Shown piece after piece: positions 41,501-53,500 of a DNA stretch of 64,000 bases. This DNA comes from Heterodontus francisci. Its lineage: Eukaryota. The notes below the pieces were generated by a model that was not told the DNA's origin, did not search any database, and saw only the letters and a list, made by a program, of their open reading frames with translations. Each line of letters begins with the position of its first letter. The first letter of the stretch is position 1. Where the stretch lies: the NCBI RefSeq assembly GCF_036365525.1, contig NC_090412.1, forward strand, positions 16,232,963-16,296,962, in the 5' to 3' direction. The translations under genes were made by a program, and so were the position numbers.

Positions 41501-44500
41501 TTGGTAGAAGGGATGAGGAGATGCCATATAGACTTACTGGCACAGTTCTAAAGAGTGTGCAACGACAGATGGATCTGGAGGTTCATGTGCATAGCTCTTT
41601 GAAGGTTGCAGAACCTATTGAGTGGTTAGCATCGCATATGGGATCTTGGGCTTCATAAATAGAAGAATTGAGTACAAAAGCAGGGAAGTTATGCTGAACC
41701 TTTATAAAGCTGTAGTTAGGCCACAACTAGAGCATTGGGTACAATTTTAGTCACCACACTTTAGGAAGTATGTGAGGGCCCTTGAGGGCACAGAGGAGAT
41801 TTACCAGAATTGTTCCAGGGATGGGGAATTTTAACTACAAGGTTAGGTTGGAGAAGTTGAGGTTGTTTTCCTTGGAGAAAAGGAAATTGCAGGGAGATTT
41901 GATAGAGGTGTACAAGATTACGACTGGTTTTGATAAAGGTAGACAAAGAAAAACTGTTCCTAGTAGCTGATCATCCAAGGGCTAGAGGAGACAGATTTAA
42001 GGTTTTGGGCAAGAGGTACAGGGGGGATATGAGGAAGAACCTTTTTTTAGGCAGTGAGTGGTAATGACCTGGAACTCGCTGCCTACGAGGGTGGTGGAAG
42101 CAGAGACAATCAACCATCTCCAAAGGAAATTGGATGGGCACTTGAAGGAAATAAACTTGCAAGGCTATGGGGATACAGCAGGGGAAATGGGACTGACTGG
42201 ATTGCTCTATGGAAAGCCAGCCTAGCTGGCATGGACTTGATGGGGTGAATGGCTTCCTTCTGTGCTGTAAATGACTATGACATGGAAGATCTTTATATTG
42301 AAACATTGAATTTTCAGTTCCCTATTAATCCTTTTATGAAATTCTCTCTCAATAGGATTCACCCATACAGGTTGTATGAAGTATTGCAGTTATACATAAA
42401 GGATACTCAGATGATTTAAAGTCTCCACAGGCAAACACAACTTGACTGCACAGCAATTTACTAAGATGTTCAGAGCTTGAATGTGGAGAAAGCAAAACAA
42501 ACCTAGCTGATGACAGTTAAATGGGCATAACTCTAGTGTATATTTAGTACAATGCCATTGCTTAAGAGATACAAAGAAAGGTGGTTTAATTTACTATCTT
42601 AATAAAAACAAATCAAGTCACTTCAATGCTGGAGGAATATATATATTGTATTACCTGTACTAAGTATCTTATCGGCCAGCTTCTGCAGAAACGAAGGGAT
42701 TCTATGCTGGATGATAGTGTACCTCTGATCCCAGTACTTGTCATTGTAATCCTCCTGAATTTTCTCCTTTTGAAGTTCATGTTCCTCCACCATGAACTCA
42801 CTGTGCAACATAAAGAAAGATGAATGTTTATTTATGCAATAAAAATTACCGTGTGAATCTTATCATCCAAAATACTATTTGGCAAAGTAATTAAAGTACT
42901 CTAAGCAAAGCAAATGGATACATTTTCCTGAACACAGCATTATCTGTCCCATTAATGACTGACAGCACCTGCAATATACAAACAACATAACCTGTTACTT
43001 CTCTGCAAAACAGTTAAGCTCAACACTTCCAGATAACAAGAACTATAAATTCCCAGTCACACCAGCAGCAACATTTAATCTCTTGGAACAATAACAGCAT
43101 CAGGCAGCAGTGATGAAGTTGGGGAAGAATTACTCAATGAAAAACAAAACCCAGGAGAAGGGGAGGCGAATGGTGCAAGGGGATGGAGTAGAAAAGTAGG
43201 GAAGTCTCGCTACAACTGTATAGGGCGTAGAGTACTGCATAAAGTTTTGGTCTCCTTACTTAAGGAGGGATATACTTCCATTGGAGGCAGTTCAGAGAAG
43301 GTTCACTTAGGCTGATTCCTGGGATGAAGGCGTTGTCTTATGAGGAAACGTTGAGCAGGTTGGGCCTATACTCATTGGAGTTTATAAGAATGAGAGGTGA
43401 TCTTACTGATTGAGTGGATGTTTCCCCTTGGGGAGGAAATCTAGAAGTAGGGGGCACAGTTTCAGAATTAAGGGTCCCCCATTTAAGACAGAAACGTGGA
43501 GATATTTCTTCTCAGAGTCGTTAATCTTCAGAATTCTCTACCCCAGAGAACAGAGGAGGCAGGGTCATTGAATGTCTTCAAGGCCAAGTTAGACAGATTT
43601 TTGATCTACAAGGGAGTCAAGGGTTATGGGGGGATGGGGGCAGAGAGGCATGAAAGCAGAATTGAGGCCACGATCAGATCCGCCATGATCTTATTGAATG
43701 GTGGAGCAAGCTCGAGGGACAAAATGGCCTGTCCCTGATCCTATTTCTTATGTGCCAATGGGGAAGGACAAAGAAGAAGAGTGAAAGTCGCAGTACTCAA
43801 CAGATTAAATACTAAGTTTAAAATAAACTCACAGAGAGTGATGATTTCCAGTGGGTAACAATATACCTGTAAGGATCTTGTATGATTCCCCTGTAGATCC
43901 ACTTCTCTAAAATTTCAAAGTAAGGAACACTTGCTGCTTTAGTCAGGTACAGACACAGCTCTTGTGCCTGACTGTCTCCTGTGTAGTTAAAAGTCCGATC
44001 ATGGAGCACACTTAGTGTTGATCCCCCCATGCATTCTCCTTTCTCCACAGAAGTAGCTGATAAAAAACACAGAAGAGAAATAATGTCCTGTTGAATCAGT
44101 TACTAATTAAAATTATTCTATCATTTCCTTTGCAAAAATTACTTATTGCAGTTGTTGGTTGCCAGAAAATAAAAATCCTGTTGGCTATGTATAATGTAGT
44201 GATTAGTTATTAAAAGTTTCTATGTTTCTACCAAGGCTTGTTCACAGTAAACATTATTCAGGGATTCCTACTAATTATAAATATTTTAATGCATATGAGT
44301 AATCTTCTATTTATAGTAGCTGCTTTGCCAGTGATTTATTTTTTTTAGAAACAGGCTAATTTGCATGGGTGAACTTTGCCCTTATATTACTTCAGATTTT
44401 TGAATCTTATCTTTACATACAAGTTAAATGAATTTCGAAACACAGACAGACAAAACGATACCTATTGAAGCCAAAATCTCCATTGTTCTAATGGTTGGTT

Positions 44501-47500
44501 GAACATAAAACCAAAGTTTCTGTAATGAGAGCAGCCCTTGTCTCTGTAAGTGTTCCAGTTGTGTCACGAGGATCATGTACTCCTTCACGAGTGTCCGCAT
44601 TGCTGCAGCTAAAGCGTGGTTTACCTGACCATGCTCAAAGGAGGACTTATCGTCAATGAATCTGAGTGGACACACAAAGCAGACTTATCAAAGCTCAAAC
44701 CAAATACTTACAGACTCTTATTTCTTGTGCAAAAAGAAGCCATGTAAATATCAGGTCTCCAGCACCTCGAGGTTGCCTACCTGGTGACAGACGAGTAGCT
44801 TGCTGCTATTGGAAGGATCCTATTTACAAGTTCTTTAACAGACATGTCCAATGTGGGGTCAACTGCAAAGGATCGACTCTGTCTTCCCATCAATGGTTGG
44901 GCTGTGATGTATTTCCCATCTACTCCAATCAAAACGTACAGCAAGTCTTCAACTATCATTTGCTCTTGTGCGGCAAGTGCTACAGTTCCTAATGGAGAGC
45001 AGAGGTTTGATATTGAAACAGATGTAATGCAGCTGTTTTGATAGTCACAACTCGTTTACTCTGAAAGATTCTTTATCATAATTTTCTACAAATTGCATCG
45101 TAAAACAGTTAATCTGCATGACTGCACCTTAGCAAAACCATTCAGAAAACTCTTTCAATCTCAAAAGCAAAAAACATTAAAAACATATAGTATGAAAGGG
45201 ACCCGGATTTCTAAAATAGCATATACCCTGTACCAGTGAAATTTAGAAACAGATTTTTTTAATATTTAGTCAGCAAGATATTGCAAAAAGACAATTTAGG
45301 AATATGTCCTGCTTGGTCAGAGATTTCAACTAGACACAATGGGCTGGATTTTACCCTAAGCAGACAGGGATTCACCACCGACTTTTGTGTCGGTGGTGAA
45401 CCCGCTTCTGCCTAGCCTGGGGATCTGTCCCGTATTTTACGGATCCCCGGGCTTTAACTGTCCCGAAGCAGGGCTTCCACCCACCTGCGGGAGGAGGTCC
45501 CGCCTCAGTCAGCTGCTGGCCAATCAGCGGACCGACGGCTCTTAGTCCCAGCAGCGCCACGGGGAGCTGTGGCCACTGCTGGGACTGCAGCCCAGCCGAT
45601 GCCATGGACCCGAGAGAGTGGGTAAGTTGGGCATGCCTCACCAGGGGGATCGGTTGTGCCTTGGTGAGGCTAGGGTGGTCGTTTGGGGGGAGGGGGCGTC
45701 TTGGGTCCCGGGGGTGGGTTGGGAGGCAGGGGCGGCCCTCAATCGGGCACCCTGTGCCCAACTGCCATGGCCTCACCACCCCCCCAGGGCGCAGAAAGGC
45801 CGGCAGCTTTCGCTGGGCGGCCTTTCACGCCCCCAGTACGCCCGCTTACCACGGGTAAAATACCCGTGGACGTGGGCAAGGGCCCTTAAAGGCCTAGAGT
45901 GGCCGTTTCCTCCCCCCGCCTGACCGCCGTAAAGTTCACCGGAAGCGGGGCGAGTAGGCCTCCCGGAGCCTTCCGCTCAATTTTACGCTGCCCCCACACC
46001 ATCATCCGACCCGGTGGGGCAGCATAAAATTCAGCCCAATAAATGGGAAATTGGTTCAGCACATTAGAGCTTTGCTTGGGTTGTGTATGTTTTAATCTGG
46101 AGCTGGCATCCCAAGGAAATTGGGTAATGTATTATCAATGAACAGAGCACATCCTTACATAGCCTACAATAATCCTTTTTAATCTTAATAGCAAAACAAA
46201 TAGTTTAGTGTCTCTACAAATAACACACTGAAAAAAATCTTCATATACAAAAATAAATTATGCCTACACCCTAAATCATACATAGAACTAAATGTGAGAC
46301 AGTGCTTCAAGACTTTGAATGACATAAAACACAAAATATACACTGCCTCATATCATAATCCCCAAAATGGGATTACTACCCTCAAATCACCCAGGTTGTT
46401 GTGACACTCCACCCGAAGCACTATGTGCAGTCAATGGATAATAACACCTAAACCAGAGAATTGTCAATTCTATCATTATTGCTGCAGGAAACAAATATAC
46501 CGAGGGATTTCTTTTGCAACCTGGTATTGTTGCAGGATTTCAGTAAAGCAGGCGCAGATGTGAAAATTTTATACTAAGTCTTCTTGAACCGTTAAGAAAA
46601 CCCAATGGTACATGTCCTTCCACATTTGAGTCATGTTTGAAGATAGCATTTAGAACTTTATTACAATGAAGTATTGACAGTTGGTGGAATTCAAGGTAAT
46701 GAAGTAAGAATACACAAACTGTTTCAGTACGACATTTTACAAAGAATGTTTTTTTTTCTATAATGTTTTGATGTAAGTTAAATAAACTTAGTAAGTAATA
46801 ATCCAAGAATACAGACAATATCTAATAAAATAGCACTTCTAGTTTCAAATTCTCAATTCAGTGCTGAATCAGACTCACAATAGTAAAAAAAAAAGCAATT
46901 TACATTCAACATACCTATAGAAACTACAGTCTCAGTGATTGGACTGGAGCTGTTTATAAAGTCCCCCTGAAGAGCTGGCCTTTCATACACCCATGGAGGG
47001 AAATGTGGGATAATTAGCCCTGGATTTCTCTTGCTATGCTTGTCACGAAGGAGCTTTCGGACTACTTCAAGCGGCTAGAAATTAAGCACAACTCTATAAC
47101 CAGATAAATTAAATTATTACAGAGGATACTCAACAAATGAGACAACAAAACTCCTTCTTCACATTGTATTAAGCAATATTTTTAGTTACCTATTAAATAT
47201 TTGATTCTTCAGCATATAAAAGCAATTCTAAAGTATTTTATGTTCAGTTTTTTGGGGGACTTCTGTAATAATAGAGGGGATTTGTTTTACTTCATTAGTC
47301 ATAGGTAACAACTTTCATCTCTCTCCAAAGCATTTGAAAATCTCTAAAAAAGCCGTTTATTAACCAATGTTTCCACTCCTGATTGCAATAATCTCTTGGA
47401 AACTACATATGTGCGGACATTGAGGTGAGGGCAGGATTAGAGGCTTGGCTGTGATGCCATCCACAGTAAATAAACTGCTGACACATCCAGGCTCACCTGA

Positions 47501-50500
47501 GGAACAGCTACTTGGACAAAATACCAGAGAGCCACTTGCCTTCATGGAACTGCGAGTCAGCACCTTTGGTAAAGGAGGGGAGCAAACGGAGGTGGGGGTG
47601 GAGTGTAATAGTCAGCTTTTGCACTAGAAAATTTTAAATCATTTAACAACTTGAATTAATGAACTCATTTAATGCAAAATGGAAAATTAGTTCCTTAAAA
47701 CACAGAATTTGCTCAATTTAATTAAGCTGAATAGACGAGTGTTTGTTTACATTAGAGAAAAATATCCTGCATAAGCTATTAGTGATCCAGCATGCTTTGC
47801 CATGAAATGTTCTGCACTGCCAGTACTCTCCAATCCACAGTGAAAGGAGCTCACATCCCATCAACAAATAACTAAAAAAACTATGACAAATAGTGGATTG
47901 AATAAACTTACATATTCACAAAACTATTACACACTCATCACATCTCAATGTGCTAGTTTGTTACTCATCTGTATTAGAGGTATGAAGGATCCTATAGATG
48001 TACAAGATTCATTAAATAAAGAATTGATGTTCAATCTCTTTACCTGTTGTGAACTTGAGGCTGTAGTAACACTGCCGAGCTGTTTTCGGAGTTCTTCAAG
48101 TTCCTGTATGGAGAGCTTAGCAGTAGTTGTTGGGACGCTGAATGTGGCACTACTGCTAGCTAAGACATTGGATGAATGTTCTGCTCTGTCCTTAGCATTC
48201 TGCTGCAAGTACTGCAGTGTCTGCAATAAAATGGAAAATAAATCTTCTTTTAAGCTCACAGCATTGAAAATGCTTACAACTCTCAATTTCCTGGCTATAA
48301 TTGTTAATCAACAGGCCATACAAGAAAACATGCTCTTCAACATCTGACAATGTGGAATCTGTATGGGTAGAGCTGAGAAACACTAAGGGGCAAAAAGTGT
48401 TAGCGGGGGTTGTATATAGACCCCCAAACTGTAGTGGTGATGTTGGGAATGGCATTAAACAGGAAATTAGAGATGCATGCGATAAAGGAACATCTGTAAT
48501 TATGGGTGACTTTAATCTGCATATTGATGGGGCAAATCAAATTAGTCATAATACCGTAGAGGAGGAATTCTTGGTGTGTATACGGGATGGTTTTCTGGAC
48601 CAATACGTTGAGGAACCAACTAGAGAACAGGCCTTCTTAGACTGGGTATTGTGTAATGAGAGAGGAATAATTGACAATGTAGTGGTGCGAGACCCCTTGG
48701 GGATGAGTGAACATACTATGATAGAATTCTTCATCAAGATAGAGAGTGACGTAGTTGATTCTGAGACTAGGGTCCTGAATCTTAGTAAAGGAAATTACGA
48801 AGGTATGAGGCGCGAGTTGGCTATGATGGATTGGGAAACGTTACTTAAAGGGATGACGGTGGATAGGCAATGGCAAACATTTTAAGAGCGCATGGATGAA
48901 CTGCAACAATTGTTTATCCCTGTCTGGCGCAAAAGTAAAACAGGAAAGATAGCCAAACCATGGCTTACAAGGGAAATTAGAGATACCATTAGATCCAAGG
49001 AAGAGGCATATAAATTTGCCAGGAAAAACAACAGACCTGGGGATTGGGAGCAGTTTAGAATTCAGCAAAGGAGGACCAAGGGATTGATTAAGAAGGGGAA
49101 AATAGAGTACAAGAGCAAGCTTGCGGGGAACGTAAAAACTGACTGTAAAGCTTCTATAGGTATGTGAAGAGAAAAAGACTGAAGACAAATGTAGGTCCCT
49201 TACAGTCAGAAACAGGGGAATTTATTATGGGGAACAAAGAAATGGCTGACCAACTAAATGCATACTTTGGTTCTGTCTTCACAAAGGAGAACGCAAATAT
49301 CATACCAGAAATGTTGGCGAACACAGGGCTTAGTGAGAGGAACTGAAGGAAATCAATATTAGTAGAGAAATGGTGTTGGGGAAATTGATGGGATTGAAGG
49401 CCGATAAATCCCCAGGGCCTGATGGTATGCATCCCAGAGTACATAAGGAAGAGGCCCTAGAAATAGTGGATGCCTTGGTGGTCTTCTTGCAAGATTCTAT
49501 AGACTCTGGAACAGTTCCTACAGATTGGAGGGTAGCTAATGTAACCCCACTATTTAAAAAGGGAGGTAGAGAGAAAGCATGGAATTATAGACCAGTCAGC
49601 CTGATGTCAGCAGTGGGGAAAATTCTAGAGTCCATTATCAAAGATTTTATAGCAGAGTACTTAGAGAACAGTGATAGAACTGGGCAGAGTCAGCATGGAT
49701 TTACGAAAGGGAAATCATGTTTGACAAATCTACTAGAATTCTTCGAAGATGTAACCAGTAGAGTTGATGAGGGGGAGCCAGTGGATGTGGTTTATTTGGA
49801 CTTTCAGAAGGCTTTCAACAAAGTCCCACATAAGAGATTAGCATGTAAAATTAAAGCGCATGGGATTGGGGGTAGTGTATTGCGATGGATAGAAAATTGG
49901 TTGGCAGACAGGAAACAAAGAGTAGGAATAAACGGGTCTTTTTCCGAATGGCAGGCAGTGACTAGTGGGGTACCGCAGGGATCGGTGCTAGGACCCCAGC
50001 TACTCACAATATATATTAATGATTTAGATGAGGGAACTAAATGTAATATCTCCAAATTTGCAGATGACAGAAAACTGGGTGGCAGGGTGAGTTGTGTGGA
50101 GGATGCAGAGAGGCTTTAGGCTGATTTGGACAAGTTGAGTGAGTGGGCTAATGCATGGCAGATGCAGCATAATGTGGATAAATGTGAGGTTATCCACTTT
50201 GGTAGCAAAAACAGGAAGGCAGATTATTCTCTGAACGGCTATGAACAGGGAGGGGAATATGCAGCGAGACCTGGGTGTTCTTGTACACCAGTCGCTGAAG
50301 GTAAGCATGCAGGCGCAACAGGTGGTAAAAAGGCAAATGGTATGTTGGTCTTCATAGCGAGAGGATTTGAGTACAGGAGCAGGGATGTCTTTCTGCAATT
50401 ATACAGGGCCTTGGTGAGGCCACACTTGGAATATTGTGTGCAGTTTTGGTCTCCTTATCTGAGGAAGGATGTTCTTGCTATAGAGGGAGTGCAGTGAAGG

Positions 50501-53500
50501 TTTCCAAGACTGATTCCTGGGATGGTGGGACTGACATATGAGGAGAGATTGAATCGTTTACGATTATATTCGCTCGAGTTCAGAAGAGTGAGGGGGGACC
50601 TCATAAAAACCTATAAAATTCTAACAGGACTTGACAGGGTAGATGCAGGAAGGATGTTCCCGATGGTGGGGGAGTCCAGAACCAGGGGTCATAGTCTAAG
50701 GATACGGGGCAAACCTTTCAGGACTGAGATGAGGAGAAATTTCTTCACCCAGAGTGTGGTGAGCCTGTGGAATTCACTACCACAGAAAGCAGTTGAGGCC
50801 AAAACATTGTATGTTTTCAAGAAGGAGTTAGATATCGCTCTTGGGTCTAAAAGGATCAAAGGGTATGGGGCGAAAGCGGGAACAGGTTACGGAGTTGGAT
50901 GATCAGCCATGATCATAATGAATGGCGGAGCAGGCTCGAAGGGCCTACCCCTGCTCCTATTTTCTATGTTTCAATTTCCTGGCTATAATTGTTAATCAAC
51001 AGGCCATACAAGAAAACATGCTCTTCAACATCTTTATGAAACTGAATTGCTGAAATTTCTATCAATTTTTACTAAAAATTTCTCCCCCAACCCCTCACCA
51101 TTTCAATACTCTGAAAAAGTGTGTTATTTATGGATATGTGCAAATAACTGTCAAAAACAGCAACAGGGTAGAAAGAAATCTGCCCAGTTAAGTAACTTCG
51201 ATAGATTGCAGTAAAAACAGATTTTCTTCATAGGAGATTTCAGTGCAACATTGTCATCCCAAAATTTGTTTTAAATGACCTGCACACAACAGCTTGGGTG
51301 TTGCATTGACAATGCCCATGATTTGCACCTAGGGAAACAAACTGTATGGGCACCACTTTCTTTGCTTTAAATTATGCAGCATTGATCCACAAAGTTTGCA
51401 TTTACATACTTTATTATCAAATTCCGCCCATGAGTTCTACAAATTTCTATTTGCATTTTGCCAAGGCAAAATACTTTCTGGAGATAGACTCAAATTCAAT
51501 TAGACTTTCCAAAATGAAATTCTACCCTCAGCAAACTAACAATGTCACAACAATCTACCAGTGTATCAGGTAGTATAAATTTAATCTTCAAGAAATGCTG
51601 GAACCACTCAGCAGGTCTGGCAGCATCCGTGGAAAGAGAAGCAGAGTTAACATTTCGGCTCAGTGACCCTTCTTCGGAACTGGCAAATATTAGAAAAGTC
51701 ACAGGTTATAAGCAAGTGAGGTGGGGGTGGGGCAAGAGATAACAAAGGAGAAGGTGTAGATCGGGCAAGGCCACATAGCTGACCAAAAGGTCATGGAGCA
51801 AAGGCAAACAATATGTTAATGGTGTGTTGAAAGACAAAGCATTAGTACAGATAAGGTGTTAACGGACTGAATATTGAACAGCAGCAAGTGCAAACATGAA
51901 AAACAGTGGGTAAGCAAACTGAACAAACTAAGATGAAATGAAATAAATGCAAAAAAAAAAGATTGTAAAAAATGGAAAAAAGAATAACTAAAAATGAAAG
52001 TAAAATGGGGGGCTGTCATGCTCTGAAATTAGTGAACTCAATGTTCAGTCCGGCAGGCTGTAGTGTGCCTAATCGGTAGATGAGATGCTGTTCTTCGAGC
52101 TTGCGTTGATGTTCACTGGAACACTGCAGCAATCCCAGGACAGAGATGTGAGCATGAGAGCAGGGGGGAGTGTTGAAATGGCAAGCAACCGGAAGCTCAG
52201 GGTCCTGCTTGCAGACTGAGCGGAGGTGTTCCGCAAAGCGGTCACCCAGTCTGCGCTTGGTCTCCCCAATGTAGAGGAGACCACATTGTGAGCAGCGAAT
52301 ACAGTATATTGTATTCAGTTTGTTCAGTTGGCTTACCCACTGTTTTTTTTTCATGTTTGCACTTGCTGCTGTTCAATATTCAGTCCGTTAACACCTTATC
52401 TGTACTAATGCTTTGTCTTTCAACACACCATTAACATATTGTTTGCCTTTGCTCCATGACCTTTTGGTCAGCTATGTGGCCTTGCCCAATCTACACCTTC
52501 TCCTTTGTTATCTCTTGCCCCACCCCCACCTCACTTGCTTATAACCTGTGACATTTCTAATATTTGCCAGTTCCGAAGAAGAGTCACTGACCCGAAATGT
52601 TAACTCTGCTTCTCTTTCCACAGATGCTGCCAGACCTGCTGTGGTTCCAGCATTTCTTGTTTTTATTTCAAATTTCCAGCATCCGCAGTATTTTGCTTTT
52701 ATTATAAATTTAATCTTGTTTGTCTACATCAATATAGTGACTTATATATTTATATAGCGCCTTTAACACAGTAAAATGTCTAAAGGACTTTACAGTTGGG
52801 GATCTGAGAGGATTTGCAGGAGGGGACAAGAATTTTGCAGAGGAAACAATGAGGCAGAGATCCCAGTGTTCAGTGAGGGAAATGTAAGAGGTTGGATAGA
52901 GAAAGATGATGAAATTAATCGGAATTGCAGTTGAGACAAGTATGATAAAAGGTTGAAAATTAGAATATTGGATTTTTTGTGTCAAAATTCAAAGGAATTT
53001 TCATTTATAGGTGTCCTGATTTGCTTTAGTTCTACAACAGCTGTCGCTTGTTTTATTGAAAGAAGTGGAAACATGGAATTTAATTTACTCGAGTGACATA
53101 AAAATGTCCATCACTTCTGACTGATGAAAAGTGCAGTCAAGTCCAATTGACGCAAGTCACCAGCCTCACTTTGACAAGTATGGGTAACAGTGCTGACACC
53201 GTGCCACAAAAGCTACACGAGCACCATCTGTAAAATGGGTGAGTCACAGGGAGCCATATGTCGATGCCACAAACCGCAAGAAAATAAATGCAAATTGCCA
53301 TATATTTTTGGCAAATCCACCTATGATTAAATTAATTCAAGAAGAACTGGATTTTCTTTGTTGGCTGTGTTACTGTAACCAGGCTGCTGGAATTTGCAAT
53401 GTCAAAAAAAAGAGAGATTTGTTCCTAAGTTTATGAATTTTCACCCAGATACAGCCTTCTGATCAGAAGTCATGTGAAAGAAAAATGCCAGAACACCTGT

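Noticed and set aside
45372-45923. Several ORFs inside the GC-rich element
   Set aside because: No transposase motifs; consistent with a non-coding MITE.
47883-48347. 154-aa plus-strand ORF
   Set aside because: Antisense shadow of TUBGCP2 exon 4 with no recognisable domain.
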